55,540 bases of DNA from an uncultured Methanomicrobiales archaeon. GTDB lineage: Archaea > Halobacteriota > Methanomicrobia > Methanomicrobiales > Methanospirillaceae. Below the pieces are notes generated by a model that was not told where the DNA came from, made no database searches, and saw only the letters and a list, made by a program, of their open reading frames with translations. Below, piece after piece: positions 9,111 to 19,431 of the stretch (the stretch's first letter is position 1; every line of letters begins with the position of its first letter). The translations under genes and the position numbers were made by a program. The stretch is from positions 1-55,540 of the forward strand of contig CAIJED010000340.1 of the NCBI GenBank assembly GCA_903819595.1. The letters run 5' to 3'.

Positions 9111-10412
9111 TCAGAATTCAATCGTCATCACCGCTTCCTCCTCTTCATGGAGTTCCCCTTTCAACCTGGCTGAATCAAATTCATAGGCAGCCCACGGGTC
9201 ATAATCTTCGTAGAGCTCACACTTATCGAGTACATCCACAAATTCCTTTAAAAAAATCCTTGGGATGATATCCACCCGTCCTCCGAATTTTCCCGTTACC
9301 CTGCTGATCATCGCCCTGATAAACCGGTGCGAGACCCGTTCCCGATCTACCTCCTTGTAGGCAGCGGAGTAGATGTCACAGACCTTCAGGGCGACGTTCT
9401 CGAGCTTGTTCATATTGAACCGGGAGAGAATGATCTGCGGCTGCCGGGGGTTCCTGAATTTATCGGCCTGTAACACGGTGATCCGGTCAAATAGGGCAGG
9501 AAGTGAGCGGAAGCCACGCGGTCCTTCAAAGAGCGAGGGTGTACCAGTGACCAGGAAATAACAGTGTGGCATTTCACCCCCGTCAAGGGAATCCACCACC
9601 TGTCGTAAGAGTGAATACCCCTTTTCACGCGTCGCACGCGGTGAAGACTGTGTCACTTCCGCCTCGTCGATGGCGACTGCCAGGCCCCGGCATCCCGACC
9701 CGATCATAATCGTTACGATCCCTTTCAGGAATACAAATGCGACAGTCTCGTCAATGTCCCCCTTAATCGCTGCTTTCTGTTTGAAATCGCGACCGATATT
9801 CGGTTCGGCAGAAAGCCAGCCGATTGCCGACTGCGCGAGCTGGAAGTCCCCCGCATTATTTGCCCGGTAATACGTCCGGAGCGCCGCTGCAAGTGAAGAG
9901 TTCATCTCGCTGATCCCGGCGAGTGCTGATTCGATCTCCCGCTCGGTTGCGGTTTCAAGTTCCTGCTCGTTTATCGTATCACCGGCGACCTGGATGATCC
10001 GCTCCTCGATCAGGTAGAGCCAGTTGTCGATAACGGCCTTCAATGCGTGTTCGTCTTCCTTCGACCGCAGTGTCATACAGATCTGCTGGTATATCCCTTT
10101 TAGCTTGTGAAGGGGGGATGACGGGGAGATGATGACGTGAGAGGTGACAAATCCCTTTTCACGGGCCATTTCAAGCGAGCGTGCAACGAGAAACGTTTTT
10201 CCGCTCCCGTAATCCCCCCGGATGAACTTGATGTCGCCCCCGCCGGAAGATACATAGTCCAGCTGGGTGGCAATCACGTCCTCTTCCACCTCGAGACCGA
10301 CGGCAATCCGCTCGAGTCCGCTGGCTGGCACTGTCCCTCTCCGGAGGGCATTGATCATATTCAGGCTCTCCAGTTTCTGCTCGTCCATCCGATCACGTCC
10401 CGGTATACTCAT
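9111..10412 (-). CDS. BrxD-like / DUF2791-family P-loop ATPase
   Basis: NALRRGTVPASGLERIAVGLE...FIRGDYGSGKTFLV contains Walker A GDYGSGKT. LAVAIDEAE is Walker B-like. The overall layout matches my memory of Pfam PF10923 (BrxC/BrxD, DUF2791). ATG 10410-10412 is preceded by GGGGGAG. An alternative ATG lies at 10386-10388, 4 nt after the upstream stop. The track's 10469 start is probably an over-extension. Confidence 0.7.
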   Translation of the reverse strand: MSIPGRDRMDEQKLESLNMINALRRGTVPASGLERIAVGLEVEEDVIATQLDYVSSGGGDIKFIRGDYGSGKTFLVARSLEMAREKGFVTSHVIISPSSPLHKLKGIYQQICMTLRSKEDEHALKAVIDNWLYLIEERIIQVAGDTINEQELETATEREIESALAGISEMNSSLAAALRTYYRANNAGDFQLAQSAIGWLSAEPNIGRDFKQKAAIKGDIDETVAFVFLKGIVTIMIGSGCRGLAVAIDEAEVTQSSPRATREKGYSLLRQVVDSLDGGEMPHCYFLVTGTPSLFEGPRGFRSLPALFDRITVLQADKFRNPRQPQIILSRFNMNKLENVALKVCDIYSAAYKEVDRERVSHRFIRAMISRVTGKFGGRVDIIPRIFLKEFVDVLDKCELYEDYDPWAAYEFDSARLKGELHEEEEAVMTIEF

Positions 10413-12201
10413 AGATCTCCCCCTGTTCCCCGCTCCCCCTTTTTGCCACGGGACGGACACCCTGCGCAACGCTTTTTGCGACGAGCCTGTTCATTATCCC
10501 GGCAACACGGCGTGTCCCGAGAAGTTTCCGCAATTCCGCTTCACTTGCGCGGCGATGTAGTTTCAGGAATTCGAGGACCTTCTCCTCCTGTGGTTCAAGA
10601 CCGCTGATCCGTACCTCGGGGGCCTCCCTGGTTGAAATGCTTTCCACACCATGCCCGTCCCCCATGACAGGCAGGTCAACGATCGCCCGCTCCTTGCAGC
10701 GCCTGAGGATATCCACGAAATCAGCAGTGGCAATGCAGGTCGACAACGCGGGCAGGATGTCAAGTCCCAGCAGGCAGTAGCGTTTGCATGCGGAATGATT
10801 GCCTTCACCGATTGCATTTGTCCCAGCCACAAGGTACGCCACGGCCAGGAATTCGAGCCCGTCTGCCGTGAGTTCATCCCTGCGTTCTTCCAGCCGCCCG
10901 ATCAAGTGGTGCAGGAGTCTCGGGGTAGAATGGATCATCGTATTACCCGTGGTCACCTGCGCAACCCTGATCATATCCTGGGTCCGTTTGATGTTTGAGA
11001 GGATGTAAAGGAGCACTTTCTCGCATTCCCTCCACTCTTTGTGGCGAGCGAGGAATTTTGCATATTCAAGACCCCCTGATAAGAAATCACTCCGGTATGC
11101 CCGGTAGAACCACCCCCGTGCTTCGGAAACATCTCCGAGTTGTTCGTAGAGATGACCTGTCTCATACAGGCAGACGGGGTTCGCTCCGGGTGAAATGACC
11201 GATGTAAATGTCTCAACGGTCTCGTTTTTCGGGTAGTATGTCAGCAGGAACTCTCTAAAGAACGGGATTGCATCGCGGAGCAGGGCATCGGTGCCTGTAC
11301 TTCCGATACCGGCACTGATCAATTTTTCGTAGGCCGACTTTGCCTCCCGAATCATCCCAAGATAAGCGAGTAACCGGCATTCAGTCAGGTGTAGTTCATC
11401 ATCCGTATCCCTGGTATCCCCACTCATGGCCCGGCAGATCCGGAGTGCTTCACCGTAGTCCCGGACGGAGATAAGAAGGTCGATATAGTCCCTGGCAATG
11501 CCGGGGTCCGTCTCCATCATGCAGGCGTCCTGGTACCCGGAAAGGGCCATCGTCACATTCGAGCGGGAGAGGACCGCGAGGTATTTTTTGAGGAATTCCC
11601 GGTTTTTTGAGCGTTCAAACTCTGCAGATGCGGCATCACCTGCCTTTGTGAACTCCCCTGCGGCAATGAGGGCGTCGATGAAGAGCGGGTCAACGTTTGC
11701 TTTCAGGGAGGGAAATTTCTCGTACTGGTCCAGGGCATTTCGTCCTTCTCCAACGGCAATGAGTGTAGCCACCAGGTCCCTGCAGTCATCTTCCCGCCGT
11801 GACCGCTCTGCCAGGTGTCGCCGGGCGGGAAGTGACCGCCGGTAATCCCCCATATCAGCGAGGCACGTTGCATAATTCCGAAGTGCATCCAGGTTATCGG
11901 GATCGAGGTGCACCGCCGTAGAGAATTCGGCGACGGCCCCGTCGTCACCTTTCTCCTTGAGGACCTTACCAAGAAAGCCGTGAACATGGGACGATTCAGG
12001 CATGGTACGTGCAAGGTCCCGGAAATGGAGCTCGGCCTCTTCCAGACGTCCGAGTTTGAACAGGTCCGTGGCTGCCAGTACGCCGACCTGCGGTTCCTGT
12101 TTCTCGCCAAGGAGGTCCATGCACATTGCATAGGACTCTTCGTACTTCCCTTCTTCAAATAGCTGGAATGCAGAACGTTTTCTCTCGGAGAACCCGGTCA
12201 C
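10393..12201 (-). CDS. TPR-repeat protein with C-terminal winged-helix domain
   Basis: Repeated TPR-like helix pairs run from AFQLFEEGKYEESYAMCMDLL onward (for example AELHFRDLARTMPESSHVHGFLGKVLKEKGD and AVHLDPDNLDALRNYATCLADMGDY). The C-terminus EKVLEFLKLHRRASEAELRKLLGTRRVAGIMNRLVAKSV looks like a wHTH. GTG 12199-12201 overlaps the TGA of the upstream GT2 gene (GTGA). The ATG at 12294 would overlap GT2 by 97 nt. Confidence 0.7.
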   Translation of the reverse strand: MTGFSERKRSAFQLFEEGKYEESYAMCMDLLGEKQEPQVGVLAATDLFKLGRLEEAELHFRDLARTMPESSHVHGFLGKVLKEKGDDGAVAEFSTAVHLDPDNLDALRNYATCLADMGDYRRSLPARRHLAERSRREDDCRDLVATLIAVGEGRNALDQYEKFPSLKANVDPLFIDALIAAGEFTKAGDAASAEFERSKNREFLKKYLAVLSRSNVTMALSGYQDACMMETDPGIARDYIDLLISVRDYGEALRICRAMSGDTRDTDDELHLTECRLLAYLGMIREAKSAYEKLISAGIGSTGTDALLRDAIPFFREFLLTYYPKNETVETFTSVISPGANPVCLYETGHLYEQLGDVSEARGWFYRAYRSDFLSGGLEYAKFLARHKEWRECEKVLLYILSNIKRTQDMIRVAQVTTGNTMIHSTPRLLHHLIGRLEERRDELTADGLEFLAVAYLVAGTNAIGEGNHSACKRYCLLGLDILPALSTCIATADFVDILRRCKERAIVDLPVMGDGHGVESISTREAPEVRISGLEPQEEKVLEFLKLHRRASEAELRKLLGTRRVAGIMNRLVAKSVAQGVRPVAKRGSGEQGEIYEYTGT

Positions 12202-12890
12202 TTCCAGTCCCTTCCAAACCTGAGTGCCACGAGGTTCTTCAGCATCGAGAACGCATCCTGACCCTTGACCCGGGAATCTCCCATGTTCTGCCATATCACC
12301 GGGAGTTCCTTTATCACAAACCCTGACCTTCTCATCCGCCAGATCAGTTCCACGTCAAATTCAAACCCGGTTGATGTCATCTCCGGAAGGACCGTCCGCA
12401 ATGAGCTGCTGTTAAAGATTTTTGCCCCGCACTGGGTATCGTAATATGGCAGGCCAAAAAGGAGCCTGATAATAATATTGAAGGTCCGGCTCTCCAGCCT
12501 CCTGAAGGTGCCCTGCGGGGAGGTCACCACTGACCCCGGGACATAACGGGAACCGATGACACCATCTGCCCCATTGAGTCCGTCAAGCAGGCCACTCATC
12601 TCCGCAATGGATGTGGAACCATCCGCATCCATGTAACCTGCGAAGGGGGTTTGTGCTTTTCTTAACCCTTCGAGGATGGCCTTTCCCTTTCCGAGCCGTT
12701 TCGGATATTCAAGGCAGTCTGTATGCATATCCGGGTTTGCCGCTGCAAAATTACGGATGACATCCGCCGTCCGGTCATCCCCGTCGCAGATAAAGAGGCA
12801 GGTGACGGCAGAACCCTTAATGTCACTAAGAAGTATCTGGATGCGCTCCTCTTCGTTATAAGCAGGGATGACCAGTGTACATGCAGCCAT
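12198..12890 (-). CDS. Family-2 glycosyltransferase (dolichyl-phosphate sugar synthase-like)
   Basis: VIPAYNEEERI and the DxD-type YMDADGS are present in a roughly 230-aa single GT-A domain. Confidence 0.8.
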   Translation of the reverse strand: MAACTLVIPAYNEEERIQILLSDIKGSAVTCLFICDGDDRTADVIRNFAAANPDMHTDCLEYPKRLGKGKAILEGLRKAQTPFAGYMDADGSTSIAEMSGLLDGLNGADGVIGSRYVPGSVVTSPQGTFRRLESRTFNIIIRLLFGLPYYDTQCGAKIFNSSSLRTVLPEMTSTGFEFDVELIWRMRRSGFVIKELPVIWQNMGDSRVKGQDAFSMLKNLVALRFGRDWK

Positions 12891-13475
12891 CCCTGTCTCT
12901 CTCTCTTTTTGGTCCAGTTTACTTCCTCCGGATATATTTGACCTGTTTTAGCCCTGATTTACAGGACAAGCCACGTGACTGTATCATTGGTCATCCCGGG
13001 TGACGCACTGAACTGACAACCCGTCATGGCGCCCTGAGTGGACGTTCTGAAAGGGAGTACGTGTGGCAGTTTCACCCGGGTACCAGTGCACCACTATCTT
13101 TCGGAGCATTATGCCAAATACATTACGAAGCATCATCCCGCTGGTGTTTTGTTAAGTGATCTGCTAAAGCAGTCCCGGGACGGGCACGGGTTGCCATTAA
13201 CAGGGCTGTTTCACGGAGTACCTGGTGGTCACGGAGGCAGGAATCGGGAGGCGGGCTTTTTCTCAGGATGGCAGAACTGTTCTCGGTGATCTGGATCAAT
13301 TCGGTGGCAATGACGGCATTCAGCCATACGAGGTCACGGAGTAACTCCGCAAGGTCATTCTCCTTCATCAGTTCATCTGACATATGAACAGGAGTTGTCG
13401 CGCAGACCAGATGAATACACCCCGGATTGTAAAGAAAATCCTTATGGTATCGGCAGCGAAGATACAAAGGAGAAA

Positions 13476-13916
13476 ATGAGTTATCTTGAGAGGATCAGGG
13501 ACCGCGGAAGGGATGCCAACCCGTTTTTCCGGCTGATGGGAATCGTGGTGGTCTCACTCGGGGAAGGGAAGGCTACACTTTCCATGGAGGTGCGGGACGA
13601 TATGCTCAACGGCGAAGGATTCCTGCAGGGCGGGATGTTTACGGCGCTCGCCGACGAGGCCATGGTGCTGGCTATTTACACGCTGCTCGACAAGCACCAG
13701 GTGATCGCCACGATATCAGAATCGACCAGTTTCATGAGGGGGGCCGGGCCCCGGATGGTCCTGGTCGCAGAAGGCAGAATTATTAAAAAAGGGAGGCGGG
13801 TCGTGTTCTCAGAAGCGGACGTAAGGCTCGAGGGACAGCATGATATTATTGCCCGTTCGTCTGCATCGTTTGCAATTTCAACCCCCGAAAAAAAGCAAGT
13901 CACGGAAAATGCGTAA
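13476..13916 (+). CDS. PaaI-family hotdog-fold thioesterase
   Basis: NPFFRLMGIVVVSLGEGKATLSMEVRDDMLNGEGFLQGGMFTALADEAM is the typical PaaI core. ATG 13476 is preceded by AAGGAG. The track's 13395 start is an over-extension. Confidence 0.8.
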   Translation: MSYLERIRDRGRDANPFFRLMGIVVVSLGEGKATLSMEVRDDMLNGEGFLQGGMFTALADEAMVLAIYTLLDKHQVIATISESTSFMRGAGPRMVLVAEGRIIKKGRRVVFSEADVRLEGQHDIIARSSASFAISTPEKKQVTENA

Positions 13917-14107
13917 TATCCTGCTTATCATCCGGGGTCAGTTCTACCCCTGAAAAAGCCACGTGTCATTAGTTTTATCGGACCTGGAATAACCAGAGAA
14001 CCGCCCACCCCTTTTCTTCAATCACTCGCGTTGCAGGGCAATAGAACTATCATAAAATGGTGATAATGAATACTCAGTACTGAAAATCAGGTGAACGGGG
14101 GGATCAA

Positions 14108-15688
14108 GTGAAGTACATTTTTGTTACCGGCGGAGTGATGAGCGGGCTTGGCAAAGGTATTACCGCGGCGTCAGTAGGACGCATCCTGAAAAGCCGTGGT
14201 TATAAAGTAACGGCGGTAAAGATTGACCCGTACCTGAATATCGACGCCGGTACGATGAACCCCGGCCAGCACGGTGAGGTGTTCGTCCTCTCTGACGGCG
14301 GGGAAGTAGACCTGGACCTGGGGAATTATGAGCGGTTCCTCGATATTGACCTCGGTGCCACCCACAATATTACGACCGGGAAAGTCTACCGGACGGTCAT
14401 CGAAATGGAACGGCATGGCGATTTCCTTGGTGAGACCGTTCAGATCATCCCCCACATCACCGACCAGATCAAGACCTGTATCAGGAATGCGGCAGAAACC
14501 GTGATTAATGGCAGTGATCTCGCGGAAATATGTCTCGTTGAGGTTGGTGGCACGGTGGGCGACATTGAAAGTATGCCCTTCCTTGAAGCGGTCAGGCAGA
14601 TGCGGGGGGAACTCCCTGAAGAGGATAGCCTCCTTATCCACGTGACTCTCATCCCAGCGGACTCGATGGGCGACATGAAGACCAAGCCGACCCAGCACTC
14701 CGTCAAGGCGCTCCGTGAACTGGGTCTTTACGCGGATATCATCGTCGGCAGGAGTGATCAGCCAATCGGCCCGAACACGAAACGAAAGATTTCGGCGTTC
14801 TGTGACCTCCCCCAGGCAGGCGTGATCAGCGCAGCGACGGTGCCCGATATTTACCAGGTGCCGATGGAGATGGAAAAGGAAGGTCTCGCCGAGGTCCTTT
14901 CCAAGCATATGGGCCTTGGAAAGAGGTCCGTGAATAATGACTGGTACAGCCTCGTAAACCGGGAGTACACGAACCGTATCAGTGTGGCCATTGTCTCCAA
15001 GTATGGGATTGAGGACGTCTATCTGAGTATCAAGGAAGCACTCAAACATGCGGGACGTGCCCTATCGACTGAAGTGAAGATCGGCTGGCTGGATGCAGAA
15101 CGGTATGAACAGTCAACCCTGGAGGAATATGACGGAATCCTGATCCCCGGAGGGTTCGGGCCGCGTGGAATACAAGGTAAGATCGATGCCATTACCTTTG
15201 CCCGGACAAAAGGTATCCCGTTCCTCGGTCTCTGCCTCGGGTTCCAGATGGCGGTTGTCGAGTATTCGCGAAATGTGCTCGGGTGGACCGATGCGACGAG
15301 TGAAGAGTTTGGGAAAGGCCGCCATGTGATCGCCATCCTTCCGGAGCAGGAGAACGTAAAAAACCTTGGCGGTACCATGCGACTGGGCAATTACCCGGTG
15401 ACGATCAGGGATGGGACACTGGCAAAGAAACTCTACGGGTGTAATGAGACGACCGAGCGGCACCGCCACCGCTACGAGGTGGACCCGGGCTCCATAGAAA
15501 TGCTCGAAAAAGCAGGTGTGGTATTTTCAGGGACTTATGGGAACAGGATGGAGATTCTCGAAGTCCCGTCACACCCGTTCTTTTTTGCGTCCCAGTTCCA
15601 CCCTGAGTTCAGGTCCCGGCCGACCCGCCCCTCACCCCCGTTCCTTGGGTTTGTGGATGCATGCCGCGAGAGAAGTAAAAAGATCTAA
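14108..15688 (+). CDS. pyrG: CTP synthase
   Basis: [21 protein letters not shown] and the GATase domain [12 protein letters not shown]...GLCLGFQ...HRHRYEV are present. The start codon is GTG. Confidence 0.95.
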   Translation: MKYIFVTGGVMSGLGKGITAASVGRILKSRGYKVTAVKIDPYLNIDAGTMNPGQHGEVFVLSDGGEVDLDLGNYERFLDIDLGATHNITTGKVYRTVIEMERHGDFLGETVQIIPHITDQIKTCIRNAAETVINGSDLAEICLVEVGGTVGDIESMPFLEAVRQMRGELPEEDSLLIHVTLIPADSMGDMKTKPTQHSVKALRELGLYADIIVGRSDQPIGPNTKRKISAFCDLPQAGVISAATVPDIYQVPMEMEKEGLAEVLSKHMGLGKRSVNNDWYSLVNREYTNRISVAIVSKYGIEDVYLSIKEALKHAGRALSTEVKIGWLDAERYEQSTLEEYDGILIPGGFGPRGIQGKIDAITFARTKGIPFLGLCLGFQMAVVEYSRNVLGWTDATSEEFGKGRHVIAILPEQENVKNLGGTMRLGNYPVTIRDGTLAKKLYGCNETTERHRHRYEVDPGSIEMLEKAGVVFSGTYGNRMEILEVPSHPFFFASQFHPEFRSRPTRPSPPFLGFVDACRERSKKI

Positions 15689-15705
15689 AAAATCCGGGTG
15701 AACGA

Positions 15706-16623
15706 ATGGTTAATACAGCAAAATTCATCGACCAGGCCGTAAAGGAGATCAGGGATACCGCTGCAGGCAGGGGAGTTGTCATGGCCCTTTCAGGTGGGGT
15801 TGACAGTTCCGTCGTGGCAGCGCTGGCAGAAAAGGCAATCGGGCCCCGCCTGGTACCGATTTATGTTGATACCGGGCTGATGAGAAAGGGGGAGACTGAC
15901 CGGATCCGTCACCTGTTTGGTTATATGGATCCAAAAGTGGTGGATGCATCGGTCGAATTTCTCACTGCCCTCAAAGGGATAACCGACCCTGAAGCGAAGA
16001 GGAAAGCGATTGGTGAGCAGTTCATCCGTGTCTTCGAACGTGAGGCACGGCTGACGGGAGCCACGATGCTTCTCCAGGGGACGATCTATCCTGACCGGAT
16101 CGAGAGTGAGGGGGGCATCAAAAGCCATCATAATGTCGGTGGCATGCCTCTCCATCTGGAATTTGAAGGGGTGATTGAACCGCTCCGTGATCTCTACAAG
16201 GACGAAGTGCGGGACGTTGCCGGTGCACTCAGGCTCCCGGCAGAAATCCAGCACAGGATGCCATTTCCGGGACCCGGTCTTGCCGTCCGGATCATCGGGG
16301 AAGTAACACCTGAAAAAGTTGAGGTCGCGAGGGAAGCAAACTGGATTGTCGAGGACGAACTGGTAGAACAGTTCCATCCCTGGCAGTGCCTGGCGGCAGT
16401 GATCGGTCTCGGGACCGGGGTGAAAGGGGATAACCGGGTCCATGGGTGGATAGTCGCTGTACGGGCTGTCAACTCACGCGATGGTATGACCGCCGATCCG
16501 ATCCATCTGCCATACGAGGTACTGGCAAAGATCGAGTCACGGATCACCGGGCAGATCAGGAGTGTGGCAAGGGTGGTGTACGACATCACCCCGAAACCAC
16601 CTGCGACAATTGAGTACGAATGA
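15706..16623 (+). CDS. guaA: GMP synthase subunit B (ATP pyrophosphatase)
   Basis: 305 aa with the PP-loop [10 protein letters not shown] and the C-terminal dimerisation domain ending KPPATIEYE. Confidence 0.93.
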   Translation: MVNTAKFIDQAVKEIRDTAAGRGVVMALSGGVDSSVVAALAEKAIGPRLVPIYVDTGLMRKGETDRIRHLFGYMDPKVVDASVEFLTALKGITDPEAKRKAIGEQFIRVFEREARLTGATMLLQGTIYPDRIESEGGIKSHHNVGGMPLHLEFEGVIEPLRDLYKDEVRDVAGALRLPAEIQHRMPFPGPGLAVRIIGEVTPEKVEVAREANWIVEDELVEQFHPWQCLAAVIGLGTGVKGDNRVHGWIVAVRAVNSRDGMTADPIHLPYEVLAKIESRITGQIRSVARVVYDITPKPPATIEYE

Positions 16624-16746
16624 GATAAATGGCGACACGGGGGGTCTGCATCGGCAAATCATGCAGCCCGAATACCCATGACGTTTATTTCTTCAACCGG
16701 AAAAGATCATAGGGAAAACAGGAAAATCGAGCAGGAAGGATAAAAA

Positions 16747-17877
16747 ATGGAAAATTTACCCAGTTTCAGGGAACTTGATGCACAGTACGTGATGCCCGCA
16801 TTTACACGGGACATGATGATCACCCGGGGGTCGGGCTCAACCGTGTGGGACTCGGAAGGAAAAGAGTATATTGACTGTGTGGCCGGGATTGCGGTATGCA
16901 GCACCGGTCACTGCCACCCGGCCGTAGTGAAGGCGATCTGCGACCAGGCACACGAGTTAATCCACTGCTCCAACCTGTATTACGTGCCGCACCAGGCAGA
17001 ACTGGCGAAGAAGCTTGTAGAACTGTCAGGCCTCGAAAAGGCATTTTTCTCCAATTCAGGTGCGGAGGCGAACGATGGTGCATTGAAGCTGGCACGCGTG
17101 CGGACTGGCAGAAAGAAATTTGTCTCATTTATACATGGGTTCCACGGGAGGACAATCGGCTCACTGGCAGTCACCCACAAACCGGCGATACGGGAACCGT
17201 TCGAACCTCTCGGGCTCGAATGCTCATTTGTGGAGTATGGAGACCTCGAGTCCCTGAAGGAAGTGATCGATAAAGAGACGGCTGCCGTGCTGGTCGAACC
17301 GGTACAGGGTGAAGCGGGTGTCATTACACCACCGGCCGGCTTCCTCGAAGGGGTCCGCGAGATCTGCGATGACCACGGTACGCTGATGATTGCCGATGAG
17401 GTACAGACCGGTATGGGAAGGACCGGGAAGTGGTTTGGTTACCAGCATACCCGCGTGATGCCTGATATCTTAACGATTGCAAAAGGGATTGCCAGCGGTT
17501 TCCCGATGGGAGCGCTTGTGGCAGGTAATGGGCTGGAATTCCGGAAGAGCGAGCACGGGAGTACGTTTGCGGGAGGGCCCCTCGCCTGTGCAACGGCACT
17601 TGCAACAATTGATGTCATCGAAGAGATTCTTCCGTCCATTGCCGCCAAGGCAGAACGGTTCAGGAAAGGCCTGTCCAGGCACCACATCCGGGTTGCCGGT
17701 CTCCTGATAGGGATGAGTACTGGTGACCGCTGTGCGTCCATCCGGGATGCCTGCGCCGAAAAGGGCGTACTCGTAAACTGTGCCGCGGATGGAAACCTGC
17801 GGCTGATGCCACCGCTGGTCATCAGCAACATCGAGATTGACCGTGTGATTGAGGTGGTCAATGAAGCGATGGGTTAG
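16747..17877 (+). CDS. argD: Acetylornithine aminotransferase (class III)
   Basis: GSGSTVWDSEGKEYIDCVAGIAVCSTGHCHP, DEVQTGMGRTGKWF and TIAKGIASGFP (PLP Lys) are present. Confidence 0.88.
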   Translation: MENLPSFRELDAQYVMPAFTRDMMITRGSGSTVWDSEGKEYIDCVAGIAVCSTGHCHPAVVKAICDQAHELIHCSNLYYVPHQAELAKKLVELSGLEKAFFSNSGAEANDGALKLARVRTGRKKFVSFIHGFHGRTIGSLAVTHKPAIREPFEPLGLECSFVEYGDLESLKEVIDKETAAVLVEPVQGEAGVITPPAGFLEGVREICDDHGTLMIADEVQTGMGRTGKWFGYQHTRVMPDILTIAKGIASGFPMGALVAGNGLEFRKSEHGSTFAGGPLACATALATIDVIEEILPSIAAKAERFRKGLSRHHIRVAGLLIGMSTGDRCASIRDACAEKGVLVNCAADGNLRLMPPLVISNIEIDRVIEVVNEAMG

Positions 17878-18922
17878 GGGGTGCTACCAGAGCGAGGGCT
17901 ATAGTTTTGCGAAGAGCGCCGCCGAGGTCAGGAAAAAACATGGTCTTGACCGGATTGCCAGGCTTGCAAGCAATGAAAATCCGGACCCGCCTTCAGAGGC
18001 CGCACTGAAATCCGGGACTGATGCCCTGATCCATGCCAACCGGTACCCGGACGAGCGGCAGGCATTCCTTCATGAAGCTCTAGTCGCAGCGCATGGCGAT
18101 TACCCTTTCGTCACCGGCGTAGGGATGGACGGGGTGATCGAGACAACGATCCGGACACTGGTGGAACCGGGAGAACTTGTCGCGATTTCCACGCCCACGT
18201 TCTCTTTTTACCGCCTGTCTGCCATTGCGCAGGGGGCGGGAGTCGTCGAAGTGCCGAGAGGGCCGGGTTTTGCAGTTGAACCTGTCTCCTTCATCGAGGC
18301 ATGCGAAGAAGCGAAGCTGGCATTCCTCTGCACCCCCAACAACCCGACAGGAAATGCCACCTCCCCGGCAGTGATCCGTGAGATCCTCGGGCAGATCGAG
18401 TGTGTCCTGTTCCTTGATAACGCATATGTGGAGTTTTCAGCATTTGATTATCTCCCGCTGTTGAAGGAGTACGATAACCTGATTATCGGAAGGACGTTTT
18501 CGAAAGCGTACTCGCTTGCCGGGCTCCGGGTTGGATATGCGGTGGTACCGGAATGGTTCAGGCCCTATTACCTCCGTGCCGCGACACCCCACACCCTCAA
18601 CGCCGTGTCGGCTGCGGCGGCCGTGGGGGCCCTTTCTGATCTACCACATCTCGAAAGAGCACGGACCCGGGTCCAACGGCTGCGAAAAGAACTAACCTGC
18701 CGGTTGGGTTACCCGGTCATGCCATCGGACGCAAACTTTGTCATGGTGGATGTCGCGCCGCTCGCGTCAGATGAGGCAGTCGACCGTCTTTCCCGGATGG
18801 GGGTACTCGTCCGTTCATGCAGGAGTTTCCGCGGTCTCGAAGACCACTATGTACGGGTGAGTATCGGGGCTGACTGGGAGAACGAGATGTGCATTGATGC
18901 CTTTGGCCGTTTAAATTCATGA
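17861..18922 (+). CDS. hisC: Histidinol-phosphate aminotransferase
   Basis: LASNENPDPPS, NPTGN and RTFSKAYSLAGLRVGY are present. ATG 17861 is preceded by GAGGTGG and overlaps the argD end by 17 nt. Confidence 0.88.
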   Translation: MKRWVRGCYQSEGYSFAKSAAEVRKKHGLDRIARLASNENPDPPSEAALKSGTDALIHANRYPDERQAFLHEALVAAHGDYPFVTGVGMDGVIETTIRTLVEPGELVAISTPTFSFYRLSAIAQGAGVVEVPRGPGFAVEPVSFIEACEEAKLAFLCTPNNPTGNATSPAVIREILGQIECVLFLDNAYVEFSAFDYLPLLKEYDNLIIGRTFSKAYSLAGLRVGYAVVPEWFRPYYLRAATPHTLNAVSAAAAVGALSDLPHLERARTRVQRLRKELTCRLGYPVMPSDANFVMVDVAPLASDEAVDRLSRMGVLVRSCRSFRGLEDHYVRVSIGADWENEMCIDAFGRLNS

Positions 18923-19431
18923 TGTACGGGATTTCCGGGACCCCCGGCACAGGAAAGTCCGCGATAGCCGGCGAGCTGGTACGGCGGGGTCACCCGGTGG
19001 TCCATGCGAACGAAACGGCCAGGGAATTTATGATTGAGGCAGACCCTGAACGGGACGCCGTCATCATTGACGAAGATGCATGGATTGCCTCTTTCCGCCC
19101 GGTAGACGGGTTTATTGAAGGGCACCTGGTCCATCTTCTGCCCTGTGACCTGGTGATCATTCTCCGCTGCCGGCCGGATATCCTCAGGTCTAGGCTTGCC
19201 GTGAGGGGATACAAGGAGGGGAAAATTCAGGAGAATGTGGAGGCCGAAGCACTCGATCTGATCCTCATTGAAGCCCTTGAGGTTCACCCGCCAGGGCACA
19301 TTTTAGAAATTGACACAACCAGTGCCGGGATCCCTGCCTGCGTGGAACAGATAGAGCAGTTTATCCGATGGGAGATACCTTCCTCTTATGGGAAGAACGA
19401 CTGGTCGGACTACCTGGAGCCAAAAAGATGA
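18919..19431 (+). CDS. Fap7/AK6-like adenylate kinase family NTPase
   Basis: The P-loop is GISGTPGTGKSAIAGEL, the size is about 170 aa, and there is an ATGA overlap with the hisC stop. Confidence 0.75.
   Translation: MMYGISGTPGTGKSAIAGELVRRGHPVVHANETAREFMIEADPERDAVIIDEDAWIASFRPVDGFIEGHLVHLLPCDLVIILRCRPDILRSRLAVRGYKEGKIQENVEAEALDLILIEALEVHPPGHILEIDTTSAGIPACVEQIEQFIRWEIPSSYGKNDWSDYLEPKR

Noticed and set aside
12202-12294. The ATG at 12294 as the start of the TPR protein
   Set aside because: It would overlap the GT2 C-terminus by 97 nt, and the extra 31 residues are Gly/Pro-rich and unstructured-looking. The GTG at 12201 forms a GTGA overlap just before the first TPR helix. The start remains unverified.
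13123-13467. 114-aa minus-strand ORF (or 87 aa from the ATG at 13383) in the GT2/thioesterase divergent spacer
   Set aside because: Only the first 40 or so residues look protein-like. There are no motifs, and the ORF overlaps the likely promoter regions. Support is insufficient to call a gene.
14171-15049. 292-aa minus-strand ORF
   Set aside because: It is antisense to pyrG. It is a shadow ORF.
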